A stretch of 64,000 nucleotides of DNA from Phoronis australis (lineage: Eukaryota; Animalia; Phoronida). Location of the stretch: assembly GCA_002633005.1 (NCBI GenBank), contig NMRA01000036.1, forward strand, positions 1,102,139 through 1,166,138, written 5' to 3'. Positions within the stretch are counted from its first letter, which is position 1, and each line of letters begins with the position of its first letter. A program made the translations under genes and the position numbers. The notes below the pieces were generated by a model. The model made no database searches. It worked only from the letters and a program-made list of their open reading frames with translations, and was not told where the DNA came from. Shown piece after piece: positions 13,681 through 27,105 of this stretch.

Positions 13681-14199
13681 TGCTGTACTTGGGAAGCATG
13701 TTTTCTATAATACAAAACTTGTTGAAGACACAACACTTGGTGAATAATGGCTACACCAATGTCCTATTTGTAGACCAACATATTAGTCGATTGACAATTC
13801 CAAAATTAACTATGAATCCACTGCCCGTGGCACCAGTGTGACCATAAAGGTACTTAACAAAAACTTTATGTCAACTAATTTCCTCCAGGATGAACACGCC
13901 ATTAAGAAAATCATGAGGTGTAATGTTAGATTAATTTGGCTACTGTTACTGTACTCTCTCGCGTTTTGTCTTTCATTTTATTTGTTTTTAGTTAAAAAAT
14001 GTAATCTTGTAAATAGATTGAATTATTTTTGTTTTAATTAATTCAAATTCATTTTATTTAATTATTTTGAGGAACATGCTGTACAGTAGCACTTGTTAAG
14101 TATGTTTTGTATATTTATCATGTATCTTCATTAAATAAAATGTGTAATAATAAGGAGAAGAATGATTAATAAAAATAAAATGATGATAATGTCATTATT

Positions 14200-14820
14200 T
14201 ATTATCGGAATATGAAGTCCTCCAATTTCGTCATGAAAAATAACACTTTCTAATTAAGCGGAAGTCCGCTCTGTTGCCCAGTGTAGTGCTGTTTTTGAGT
14301 TTGAATGCCCTATGAATGAATTTCTTCGTCCAAATGTCATGCAATGTTACATTGGACACCGGATTTGCTGTCTTTCCTGTTGCTTATCTATGCATCTTCA
14401 GAATGGCACCATCCAAGAACATTTTTTGCAACATCATGAATGTAAAATCACCCATCAAGAAATTGTGAAGACACCTCAATTTGATACAAATAGGGCACGA
14501 TGCTCTGCAACTGAAAGCATTGGAGTCCCTTTTGATTGCGTTCGAAAAGCATATTGTGAATGAACAGCAAACAGGGTCATGCCGCATGCTACAATTGTTT
14601 GCGCGACTTTTCTATTACCCCCTCCAATTGTCATTCTTTGCATTATTTTACACCTGCTATGTATGTTACTAGCTTTTGCTCTGTGTTTTGAAATACCATG
14701 TGTCTTTCAATCATGTCTCTTTGTCATTTACAATTATTACCAATGTTATGTTGAATGTCAAACTTTGTTCCGAGGAGACGAACACAATGACAAGTGTCGT
14801 GACTTTAACAAGTTTTGCAT
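14200..14820 (+). mobile_element. Penelope-like element relic (GIY-YIG endonuclease end plus pLTR remnant)
   Basis: CYIGH....LS..LSMHLQNGTIQEHFLQHH...ITHQEIVK, then after a frameshift LKALESLLI...VNEQQTG...LQLF, which resembles the Penelope GIY-YIG C-terminus. Confidence 0.68.
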
Positions 14821-15527
14821 AAACAGGTAAATGTGAACTAAAATTTCCACTATGGGGAGCAGAGGTAGTAAGATTCGCCTGAAAGTCGGCGTTATTTGTT
14901 GTCACACTCATAGAAGAACACTTCTCCAATTTCACAATGATCCTGGAAGAGGTTAACGAGATACAGCTGTGAACGCAAAAAACAAAATTGCCGTCATCTG
15001 TTGTCACATTGATGGGAATACACTAGCCAAAGGATATGGTAAAGGTAAACGTGTGCTGTAGTCTTCTCAGCGGCAGCACATCTGCTAATTTTCATAATGA
15101 TTCAGACAGAGAAACTGAAGAAAAAACAAAGATTTTTCGAACTACAAAATTGTCACAAGGTGGCAAAGAAAATCTCAAGTTACAGAGATAACAGCAAAAT
15201 CACCACCAAGGGGCACAGCAACAGCCAGTCAGATCTGTCAGAAAGCCGTGGTCACACGTAAATAATTTATACTTTGTAATTTTTGATGTTCCAAACATTT
15301 CAGAACATATGTGATATTCTTTGATTGAATGCAGAGGGAAATATACAAAACACAAAACACAAGGCCTTAAATTTATTTGGACAAAAGATAGTATTCTGAT
15401 AAACAGCTGTTGATCTGGGATAAAAAGCTAGGTCACTCCACAGAAGTGTTGTTTGGCACTGTTCAGGATATCGGGTTTCGAAAATAAAAAAACGGTATTA
15501 CAATGAAGGACTTGCCACATTGTAAGT

Positions 15528-18500
15528 AAGGCGATTTTTTCTCAAATGAGACTATCTTATTAAGACTCAAAGTGTGCGGAACGGTTTCGCACTTTTTTAT
15601 ATCCACTTAGGGCCATAAAAAATGGTATGAAACAAATCTATGCCTTACCCTTAACAAGTTTACAATGTTACATTTTTATTTCCTCAATTAGCATTTTTTC
15701 AATTAGAAGTTCAATTTTTGCCATGTGTAATATTCCGCAACATTTTTTGGTTTACCGATTTTTAGCAGAAAAATAAAAATAACATTCTTTCATAATCGCT
15801 TCCAACTTGGCCTGCTTTGACAAATTTTGGCAATTTTGCATTTCCTCAAAAGCTGGAAAATCAGGGGAGCAGAAATAAAAATGTGTCAGTAGGAACTGTC
15901 GTATTTTTCCAAAATCCAAAAAGGTGGTGGATCTAAACCAAGGTTTAAGGAAACTTACATAATGGGGCTCGACAGTTTCGATTTTTGATAGATTTTTTGC
16001 AAGTTTTTATAATTTGTATTATGGTTTTAGTCTGCTACAAATCTAATCACATTTGTTTTTGGACAAAATATGAGTACGAACTTTAAAATTAGTGGAGATG
16101 TAAACAAAGACTCATTGTAAAGACACAAACATTGCTTATCCATTCCTTGCCAACTAGTGGCACTATAGATTTCTCTGGTGTTCAGGTGTCAGACAAGGCT
16201 AATGCCACCCTCAGTCTCCTCTTAAAGGAGCTATGTATATGCTGTTGAATCATGCTGAGCACTATCTCAGTAGAAACATTGATTCATTTGAGCTCCAACT
16301 GTTATGATTTCTGGTCCTTCCCCTCACTATGCATTTTGAGGTGTACCTGTAGAGTCTATTCTTCACCTATGTCACCTGATTGAATAATGTGAACTGTTGT
16401 TTTGAAAATGGTTTATAATGATAAACTGAAAGGCTGATCAACATGTTGTTGTTCACATATGCGCTAATTTTAAATTTTGTACTACAAATCTGTACTAAAA
16501 AGTGGGGGCCACCGATTAGTTTTTCCCCCATGTGAGGGGGTACCTTGGGCAAAATGTGAGAATTCATCTCTAATCAAATTAGTGCTTGCAATCCTCTTGA
16601 AAATGGTATCGTTTCATTGCAGGATGTCAATTTTATATTGCAACGGCTTCAATAATATTTCCCTGTAAAATGGTTTTCTTACATCAGTGTTACAGCACAT
16701 TTTTCCATTATTTTGGGTACCTCAAAATTGAGCATTTTGGCTTCTATGCAAAAATTTAATAGAAAAAACTTAATTTTTAAAAAAATTTTCATTAATGTCC
16801 TGTGTATGTGCAATGACATGAGCAAAAAAGTAGGGTCCCCGAATTAGTTTTCAAGCTACAGGTATCTAACGTCAAACAGAAAATTCACTTTCTCAAAAAT
16901 ATGCTAAATTTCACAACCACAGCTTTGATTCACCACATGATTTTGTCCTATCGATGGGAATGTGAAAAACGTTTAAGTTAAAGGGAATAAACTAACAAAA
17001 CAAATTTCATCGTAAATGAATTAAAATTTGCTGGTGTACAATGAATTAAGATCCACACATGTATAATGTCTACACTTTTGTTTGTAATAGAATTTATTTA
17101 CGAATGAGAAGAAAGTAAAAATAGCAAAGTACCATTTGAATGACCATGTGATTCAATAGCCTAAATGATGGTAAAGTATTGTTCTTGTTAAATAAGTTTG
17201 GATGTGCAAAAATGCGGCTGCCATAGTTTTGGGTTCTCCTTGTTATATCAGCAGATTCCATAATTCAGAACAAAAACAATTGCCAAAGTTGCCATTTTTC
17301 CAGCCTACAAGTAGTGAAGTAAATGTTTTCATCCTTTTTACTTTTGTTGAAAAATTTGACAAAATAAAATTTTTTTGTTCCACCATATTCGTTATAAATT
17401 GAGGAATCTTTACTTCAATGTGTAGAGAACTTATCACTCTAGCCAAGGTGTGGGAAATCTTTCTTGGCCACTGAAGTTAAATTGCCAATCTCCTGTTTTC
17501 CTCTGGTAATGTGATGCAAACAGAGCAATAAATGGTCAGTACAGCTTGGAGGTCAACCAGTGTGTCAACTGGTTTATAGCAGTTAAACTTTGATTCAGAG
17601 ATTTTGAGATTGTACATCCAGAAATTAGGAACCTGGTGAAAAGCAATGCTGTAAAGCAGAGGTTTAAAGATGGTAAAAAGTAAAAGTGCAAACAAAGAAA
17701 AAAATACAAATTTATCAAAGACAGAACAACAAATTTCAGGCCAAAAGAATCCTCAAATATAACACTTGAATTGAATCTAGAGAATACAGTGCTTTTGTGA
17801 CAAACTTGTTCACTGTTTTGGGTACTACAGTTGCTTATACTGGTATGAAAAGTGTCCATGAAAAATCTAGCATAGAATGAACTTAAAGATTAATAAGTTA
17901 TTATGCACCTAAAATACTTTAATTCTAAGGTGACTGCATTAGAATTAAATGGTCAAGTTCTAAGAAAAAATGAACAATGACCTAGCAGTGTGCATGAACA
18001 TATCCTTAGGAATATCTGATTAGTTGCTTAAATTTACAATCCCTCTTGGTGAGTGCCAACAATGCAGGGTATTAACTGATGTTATCAGGCTTGGCCTGTG
18101 AGTTAGCTAATTCGATTACATAACTGGATACCACTATGGGGATAGTACTGGAATGGGGATGGTCAACCACCATTAGATATGACTGCTGAACTGCATATCT
18201 CAGTGATCCAAATGAAAGTCTAGATTCATCAGCATCAATCAGTTTCACAACAGGCTAGTAGTTCATTTGTCACTTGCAATGTTAGTTTTTTCACTCTCAT
18301 TAATATTATCACCAGAATTAGTGAAGGTGGTGTGGGTTACCCTTGCCAGTTCTTGTAGTCTGCCTTAAGTAAACAAAATTTGAGAAATTTCACTCACTCT
18401 TACAGACATTCACATACATAATTTGAAAATGGTGATAACAAAGATAATAAAAATACCAATAATAATAACACCAATAATAATAACACCTGGTAATTCTGCT

Positions 18501-20791
18501 ATTACTAATAGTAATTAGAACAATAAAAACATGTAGTAACTACTGCTATAGCTACTATTTAAATGGCAGAGAAAACTGAGACTGTTGGGCTCTGGAAATG
18601 AAAAACTAATATACCCCTATGGATATGGAATTGTGTGGTATTCAAAAGGCGTGGGTAATGAGCTTTGATTTTTAAAAGAATTTCGACAGCATTGTATAGA
18701 TATAGAAAATCAAATGTGGCAAGAAACTGTTAATTAGATACATAGCAATTTTTCAAATTACATCTTAAAAAGGAAAATATTAGACATAGAGAAACCGTAT
18801 ATGAGGTCTCCACTGGCGTATATTTGATGCACAAATCATTCACTGATGATAGAATGATAGAGCTGGGACACCATTTTGGCATGCTGAGAGAAGTCAAACT
18901 TATGTTAAGGGTCTATCAAAAGCGGTAAAATGGCATAGACAAGATGTCCAGATTTCCCCGAGTCTGCTTCAGGTAGGTTTCTGCATCACAAATCATTCAG
19001 GAAGTTCCCCACTGATTAATCATTATTCATGTTGACACATTGAAAGTTTCATGTGTTATTGAGAACAGGATATATTTCAACTTAAATGTGCTATAAATTT
19101 TTTAAAAAAATTGTGAGCTCCACAAAACAATTGTTTGCGGATGATTCCGCATGCGGAATGGTTCGGCAACTGTCAACTTGATCAACTAATCATTGTTAGG
19201 ATAGTCACATTGGGAGTGGCATAGACAAGATGTCAATTTTTCCCGAGTCTGCTTGAGGTAGGTTTGTGCATCACAAATCATTCAGCAAGTTCCCCACTGA
19301 TTAATCATTGTTCATGTTGACACATTGATATTCTCGTATGCTATTGAGAATAGAATATATTTCAACTGAATTGTGCAGGAAAAAATTAAAAATTGTGAGA
19401 ATCACAAAAGTATTGTTTGCAGAACGGTTCCGCAACTGTCACATCGATCAACTAATTACTGTTAGGATTGTCACATAGACACTTCCAAGTGGCATTGATA
19501 ATGTAATGCATTTAAGTTGATTGGTGAAATCAAATACCACGCAAAACCATTCTGTTTGGGAAATCGCTCCCCATGCAAAATTTTTCCACATACGGAACGG
19601 TTCCGCCACTGTCAGTTTTATTAATTAATTATTGTTAGGGTAGAAATTTTTGATACTTTTATGTTTAATGCTTGTTGCACGTTAAGATTCGAATATTTCA
19701 TGGCTTGTGTTAAGGTTCTACCAAAAGCATTAAAATGGCATAGACAAGATGTCAATTTTTCCCGAGTCTGCTTCAGGTAGGTTTCTGCATCACAAACCAT
19801 TCAGCAAGTTCCCCACTGATTAATCATTGTTCATGTTGACACATTGATATTTTCATATGCAACTGACAATAGAATATATTTCAACTGAAATGTGCAAAAA
19901 AATTTTTAAAAATTTTGAGGATCTCAAAAGTATTGTAGTATGCGGAATGGTTCCGCAACTGTCATATCAATACTTTCAAGTGGCATTGATAATGGAATGC
20001 ATTTTAAGTTGATTGGTGAAATCAAATACCCAGCAAAACCATTCTGTTTGGGAAATCACTCCCCATGCGGAATGGTTCCGCATGCGTAACGGTTCCACAT
20101 GCGGACCGGTTCCGCAACTGTCACATTGATCAAGTAATAATTATTAGGATTGTCACATTGATGCTTTCAAGTGGTATTGATTATGGAATGCATTTTAACT
20201 TCATTGGTCATGAGAATTAAAAAAATTGAGTGCTCCAAACAAAAACCATTCTGCAACCGTCACATTGATTAATTATTGAGAGTGGGCACATTATACTCTC
20301 AAGTGCTATTGAGAATGGAATGTAATTCATGTTTATTGGGCCGGGAGAAAATTAAAAATTTTAGTCCTCTGCTAAACTTTTCTGTTTGTGTAACCCTTCT
20401 GGAACTGTCACACTGATGTTTAAAAATAAATTATTATTTTGATTATTATTCCACAAAATATATATAATATTTCGCAAGTCACAGTATTCCACAAAACTTG
20501 AGCAGTATTCTGCTAGTGCGTAATATTCCGCAAAATCTGCGTATTATTCCGCAAAATCTGCGGAATATTACGCAGATTTGCGGAATATTCCACATGGCAA
20601 AAATTGAACTTCTAATTAAGAAAATGCTAACTGAGGAAATAAAAATGTAACATTGTAAACATGTTTAAGGTAAGGTATAGCTTTGTTTCACACCATTTTT
20701 TATGGCCCTAAGTGGATATAAAAAAGTGCAGAACCGTTCCGCACACTTTGAGACTAAATAAGATAGACTCATTTGAGAAAAAAATCGCCTT
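15528..20791. mobile_element. 5.3-kb non-autonomous TIR element in the last sulfurtransferase intron
   Basis: ~213-bp TIRs (15528-15740 vs 20578-20791; AAGGCGATTTTTTCTCAAATGAG.../...CTCATTTGAGAAAAAAATCGCCTT). Flanks read either as a 4-bp TSD AAGT or as a degenerate TTAA. No transposase ORF is visible. Confidence 0.82.
18930..20270. repeat. Complex tandem array inside the 5.3-kb element
   Basis: Unit starts ggcatagacaagatgtc at ~18932, 19218 and 19737. The motif (g)cggaa(c/t)ggttccgca is reiterated many times and a variant occurs in the TIRs. Confidence 0.8.
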
Positions 20792-21559
20792 AAGTGTATT
20801 TGCAAATCTGATAAATAACGAACAAAGTGCTTCCATTCTAGGGCGAGTGATGCCAGGCCCTTGACCCAGGCCCAGATCGAGTGCTACGACACGTAGACTT
20901 ATGAATTTTGTTTAGATTGTGCTCATTCCATAATGGCAATAGTGAATGCGAGTGACCCAAGTTTACTGTGGCCTTTGTTAGTGATTATTAAGTGTCTGTG
21001 AATATTGACCACCCCTTGGTTCAGTTAGTTGTGGCTCACATACGTCTGCAGCATTTCTTGTGCAAGTGAGTCGAGTTCATACCGCCTCCGAAAGCCGATG
21101 AAAGTTCAATAAATGCAAAATCAAATTCACTGTCTGATTCTTCAAGTTCTTGAGTGTGGTGCCTGTATCATCTCTCTTTTAGATAATAATTGTCTAGTTC
21201 CCACTCAAAATCATCCTCATCTTCTGATCTGCTGTGTTCCGCCATTGCAAAAATTGATTGTCAAGCGACCACACGTCTTCCACCCAATACATCATTTGGC
21301 GGGAAACTTGGAAATGACTAATTTTTCTTCAAAATTAAAAAAATTTGCAACTATTTGGCATAAAAAGTGCTTATTTAGTTAGATTTTATGGCATTCATTT
21401 CATGTTAGCTACCTGAAACCTGAAAAACTAATAAAATGCATGGTGGGAACAGTTCATCTTGACCTTGGCAACCAGTAACTATTGCCTGCTCAGATAAAGA
21501 TGATGGTAATATTCATCAACATGTAAATGAGCAAATAAAAAGGTTGATATCGGCATTAC

Positions 21560-21718
21560 CTGATCCACAAGTGGACACCAATGGCTTGGTCAAGTCTATC
21601 TGTTTGCTTTGGAACATGTTCAGCAATCCAGTCTTGTCTTTTATCAAGCCAGTGTCAGGGTCCACAATAGAACTGAATGGAATATTAATGGCTCCCGGCA
21701 TGTGACCAGGTTGCAAGT
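21560..21718 (-). CDS. MPST: Sulfurtransferase, coding exon 3 (catalytic Cys loop begins)
   Basis: DLQPGHMPGAINIPF...KPLVSTCGS(G). Acceptor tcttcag, donor G|gtaatg, 159 nt (phase 1 to 1). Confidence 0.93.
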
Positions 21719-22319
21719 CTGAAGACAGAGATACAGTGGTTTCATCTTGTATACCAATACGAAAGATTGTCCAGATAATCAACTTTTTCACTGCCAAGCA
21801 TGTCTTCGGGACTTATCCAGTCACTGCCAAATGCGACAATAAGCGAGTTGGGTATTTGCCCATTTTTGACTCAGTTAATCATAAATTTAATGATAAATTT
21901 CTAAAGAATGCGTAACCAGAAAACAGTTTTACAAATGTCAACTGAAAGTCAAGTTTTTCCATTTCTTTCTATTTTTCATCAAAAATATTTTAATTTTGCA
22001 CATTGCAATTTCATGAAAATCTATCACGAACTTGTTACATCTATATTGGCATACACAAAGAAATAAGTTAAATTTCCACTAGGAGGCACCATATCAGCCA
22101 TGCTCATTTCAATAGGTGAAATTTCACTATGATCCCTTGAGCGATTTGGCAGATACAGAGGCGGACTAATAAAACAGACACAAAAAACATTTGAAATGGC
22201 CACAGGAGTGCATAATCTGCCTGAAAATGGGATGGTGCTGTCATCTGCTTAATAGGAACCTATTTGTAAAATTTTATGAAATTCTGTCAAGACCTCAGTA
22301 GATATAGAGACCACAAAAC

Positions 22320-23560
22320 ACAAGAGCAACAGCAACGCGGAACGTTGAAATGCGCCACAAACACACCGCAAACAGTGTGCTTCTAGGGTTGTTTATTTGT
22401 ATCATAAAATGGCCACTAGATGGGAAAAATATGTCGAATCTGTCCAAAAATGGGAACATGCCATTGTTTCTTTGATAAAAAGTTATTTACCAAATTTCAT
22501 ACAAATTTGTCAAGGTACTTCGGAGAAACAAAGGCAAACGGAAAAACATGAAATTGCCACTAGGGGACACAGCATTCACCAGATCCGCTTGTAAGTTTTT
22601 GTCTGTCATTAATTTCACATAAATACACTAAATTTATTAAAGATCCTGTGCTGTGGGTTTAGGAGATACAGATATGGGCGCAAGTCAAAACAAAAATGCC
22701 ACTCGGGGCCACCACAATAGATGTCATCGAAAACCGTCCTCTTCATGGTTTGGTTGACAGAGGAGCGTACGTCAAGAACAGACTCGAAAACAGTAAAAAT
22801 ACCCACTAGATGGCGCAAAATACCTTGAATCCTTCAGAAAACGGAAGGATAGCGTCATCTCACCAATAGCTGTTTATATTCCAAATTTTTTCAAAATCCG
22901 ATGAGGGCCTTTGAATAAACTAAAGTAAAAGAAAAAACTAGAATTGCATCAAGGGGCACACTGGTAGTCAGATTCATCCAAAAGTCATCATCGTCCGTTG
23001 TCAACTTCATATAAATATGCTTTCTAAATTTAGCAGAGCCATGTGTGCAAAAAAACAAAACTGTTACTAGGAGGCGGCACAGTAGTCGAAGTCGGAAAAT
23101 CATTGTCATTCATCCCCTTCATAGTAAGAATATACATGCCAATTTTCACAATCGTCCTTCGAGCGGTTTGGTTGATAGAGGGGCAGACGCCACAAAACAG
23201 ACTCGAAAACACCAAAAATGACCACTAGGTGGTGCAAAATACCTTGAATCCGTCCAAAATTGAGAGGATAGCGTCATCACACTAATAGATGCCTTTTCAA
23301 TAAGTTTTATGAAAATAAGTTGAGTACCTTGAAGATACAGAGGTAAATGTAAAAAAATAAAGGGGGAGGGGGCACACCGGTACTCAGATCCATCTGAAAC
23401 TTCGCTCAAGCCATCCCATCTATGAAAGGAACACATGTACAAATTTCATGAACATATGTCAAAGGGTTTTGGAGATGGAGCAGCAGACGCCGGACAGACG
23501 GACGTCAGATGGGGTTGATGGCATAATGCATCTACATATAAATATGTGGGTGCAAAAAAA
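22320..23560 (-). mobile_element. Helentron-derived non-autonomous element (HINE/DINE-like), family A, copy 1
   Basis: On the minus strand: 5' TTTTTGCACCCAC sub-TIR plus inverted repeat, a GTCC/GTCT microsatellite, an internal tandem array, then a 3' sub-TIR, a CAACG..CGTTG hairpin and CTCTTG. No TSD. Confidence 0.75.
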
Positions 23561-24002
23561 TTGCCACTTGGGAGGCACAGCGATAATCGTTTCCTTCCGA
23601 AAATTTCCTCCTGCCCACCCACTCATGATAGGAACATGTATGCAAAATATCACAAACAGCCAACAAGGAAGTTTGGAGATACAGCAGCGGATGGAGATGA
23701 CTGCACAACGCACCCACATTATGTACATGTATATGTGGGCACATTATTAGCAATAAAAAGTATACAGCTGTAGATATAATTTCATACAATGTGTGAATAT
23801 TAAGTTTTTGGGAAAAAATATCCACAAGGGTTGACAACTATAATGAAGAATTTGAAAACAAAAACACAGGCACATGCTTATATGACTAGTCACACAGGTC
23901 TAAATGGAAATTCAAAACACTTGAATGACCAATAAGAGGCAAGTAAAATATCACATGTTGTAAAAGTATTTTCCTATACTTCCAAATTAACAAATTAGAT
24001 AC

Positions 24003-24243
24003 CATCTCTTGGTTCTGCTTCCTCTCCATTGAACCTTCCAGGCCCTCTTGCATCGACCACTTGGTAATCTTGAGATGTAAGATTGGCGATGATTTCTTCA
24101 AAGCCCTTTACCATCTCTGGGTGAAAGGTGGCCTTGAAATCTAATGGGTGAGGTTTTGAAGGTGAATTAGAGATATCATAGCCCTGTTTCTCCCAGTAAG
24201 GTAATCCACCATCGAGAACTGAAATGTTGTTGTGTCCAAACAC
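24003..24243 (-). CDS. MPST: Sulfurtransferase, coding exon 2
   Basis: VFGHNNISVLDGGLPYWEKQG...VVDARGPGRFNGEEAEPRD. Acceptor tctgcag, donor G|gtatct, 241 nt (phase 0 to 1). Confidence 0.93.
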
Positions 24244-24260
24244 CTGCAGAATACAACCAA

Positions 24261-25546
24261 AATAAGAGCAACGCGGAGCATTGAAATGCGCTAACAACTG
24301 CACCGCAAACAGCGTGCTTCTAGGGGTGTTTTGCTGTATCATAAAAATGGCTATTAAATGGCTCAGAATACATTGAACCCATACAATTGGAAGGTCAACT
24401 CGTCTCTCAAAATTTATTTGTCAAATTTTATGAAAATCCGTCAAAGAACTCCAAGATACAAAGGCAAACGTAAAAAATACAAACTGCCGTTAGGAACCAC
24501 AGCAGTAGTGGGATCCATTCAAATGTCATCCTTGTCCATTGTCAACTTCATATACACAGTCACTTGCCAAATTTAATAAAGATCCTGCACAGGGTTCGGG
24601 ACATGACAGCCATAGACGCAACTGCCACTAGGAGGAGTCACAACAGTCTGAGTCGTTCAAAAATCATTATTAGCAGTCCCTTCATAGTAGAAACATAAAC
24701 ACCAAGTTTCAAAATCATCCTTAAAGTGGTTTGGTTGATAGAGGGACGGACGCCAAAAACAGACTAGAAAACAGTAAAAATGGCCAATAGATGGCGCAAA
24801 ATATGTTGAATCCATCAGAAAATGGAAAATGTCATTGTTTACGAAATTTAATAAAAATCCATCAAGGAACTTCAGAGAAAAAGAGGAAATTGGAAAAAAA
24901 AAATTGCATCTGTCTGAAAGTCGTCATCATCCATTGTGAACTTCATATAAATACACTTGCTAAATTTTAAAAAATCTTGCAGAGGACTTAGGAGATACAG
25001 CCATGGGTGGAAAAAACAAAACTGCCACAAGGAGGCACCACAGTAGTCAAAGTCATCAGAAAACCATCGTCAGTCGTCCTCCTCACACAAAGAACATTTA
25101 TGCCAATTTTCACAACCAACCTTAGAGTGGTTCAGTTGACAGAGGGGCAGACACCAAATACAAACTCAAAAACAGTAAAAATGGCCACTGGGTGGTGCAA
25201 AATACCCTGAATCCATCCAAAAATGGAAGGAGGGTGCCATCTGACTAACAAATGCCTATTTGCCAAATTTTATGAAAATCCGTTGAGGACCTTTAAAAGA
25301 TAGAGTTAAATGTAAAAAAAATAAAATTGCCAGTAGGGGGCAAACCGGTAGTCGGATCTGTCCCAAGGTTCGCTCATACTGTTCCATTAATGAAAGGAAC
25401 GCATGCAAAATTTCATGAATATATCTCAAGGGATTTTGGAGATAGAACAGCAGATGCCGAACACTGAACAGACACCAGACGGACGCACGTACGGTCGGGG
25501 ATGACGGCATAATGCGTCAACATATAAATGTGTGAGTGTATAAAAA
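24261..25546 (-). mobile_element. HINE/DINE-like family A, copy 2
   Basis: Same termini (plus strand aataagagcaacgcggagcattgaaatgcg ... cataatgcgtcaacatataaatgtgtgagtgtataaaaa) and the same internal repeat units. Confidence 0.75.
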
Positions 25547-25801
25547 GTATACAGCACATTACACAAGGCAGTAATATACCAAAGTTTGAATGTGTGCTTA
25601 TAGTCCTGCCACATCAAGGTAGATCTCAGTATGGGAACTAACTTGGGAACTGACTACACTTCATGCCTGTATTTTGCCACATGCAAAAATTTTATTCACG
25701 TTTGAACATGTACCTAATGTTGCATTTACTAAACACTAGTTGACACAGAACAAGATAACCGAGCATAAGTGTTTGTAACCAGAACTGACAAGGAACAAAT
25801 A

Positions 25802-26184
25802 GGGCCGTCCCTATTACACAGCGGCACTTAAATCTCGCTGTATATACCCACAATGCCGTAAACATCCACCTGGCACATTTGCTGCCTTGTTTTCGTGCCA
25901 CTGGAGTTTCACGTGTTATTTGTCATTGTCTGGTTCTTTACAAGTTTTTTCTCGGTTGCATTACTCTATTCGTCCTTCCAAGCCAACAAAGTATTCCTGC
26001 TGTGTTTTAGGCTGCAGCTCCGACATGACAAAGTTTAAAATTGGACAAATACCCGTAGATCTGTGATCTCAATATCTTCGCCTTCGCGACATCAATGAGA
26101 GACACGATTTTCAAAATTAGGTCACGCTCTTCCTAATCTCCAAGACAAAGGAGAGTTCTATCGCTGTGTAATCCAGGATGGCCC
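25802..26184. mobile_element. MITE with GGGCC termini (possibly Harbinger-like)
   Basis: GGGCCGTCCCTATTACACAGCG ... CGCTGTGTAATCCAGGATGGCCC form an imperfect inverted pair. TSD is unclear. Confidence 0.5.
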
Positions 26185-26772
26185 AATTGACACCATGTTT
26201 ACAACTTTTGTCACCTGTTTCTGGGGAAGAGTAAACAATACCCCTAAGCACAAACTGGTGGCAAGGCAAAAAGGATCATCTTATTGCATTTGCACAATAG
26301 CGGAAATGCAAGTGACCATTTTGCTTGTGCTCCTGATGATGAAACAAAGTCAAACAAATAGACATGACCTCTGCACTATGCAATTGTTGCTGCATCTGAT
26401 GAGTGAGATGAATGTACTACGTTATTTGCCTATACTCTTCACTACACTTCGTCACCAAATACATGAGCATGGTTTTTAAAAAGATAGTAGGCACCAATAT
26501 CTGATTCATCCCTTTTAAGCATGGTTCCACTTAAATGGTTTGCATATATGAGTATGCCTATCGGTATTAGCTTTGTTCATCTGAGGAAGAGCCTGCATTT
26601 GAGTTGCCCATTTCCATCATAACCTGCCTATTTTGACATCAAAATGTTGCATTCATCACAGACCACACATCATGTATTGATTAAAAAAAACAAAATGACA
26701 TCTGCCTTCTCACAAATTGCTTAATGGCCCAATGATCATGACATCTTGCCATCCATTCAATTTTCCATTTAC

Positions 26773-27105
26773 CTTAAACATCCACCAAACTCTGGGTGAA
26801 GAAAAAATGCCATGAGTGGGACTGTTATCATACACCACTACATGGTGGGAATTACTGATACCCAGGCTTCCGATATAATCAGAAAAATGTTTGGGTTTTG
26901 GTAGCATGTTGTCGTAGATGGAGTTCTTGTCGGAAACTTCATCAAAGTCGAAGAATTGAGCATTTGGTATGTGTTTCAATGCAAAATCTTCTCTAGCCAC
27001 AGATCCACCATGACTTAGTGTTCCATCCAGAATGCGCAAATTGGTCATTCCTGAGCGCACTCTATTCACCAATGACCTTGCGTTGATCAGGGTGGAAATT
27101 GACAT
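26773..27105 (-). CDS. MPST: Sulfurtransferase (MPST/TST rhodanese family), coding exon 1 of 4
   Basis: Translates as MSISTL...HIPNAQFFDFDEVSD...MLPKPKHFSDYIGSLGISNSHHVVVYD...SPRVWWMFK, a typical N-terminal rhodanese domain. Donor AAG|gtaaat is phase 0. An acceptor (tttcacag) lies 12 nt upstream of the ATG, implying a 5'UTR exon. Confidence 0.93.
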
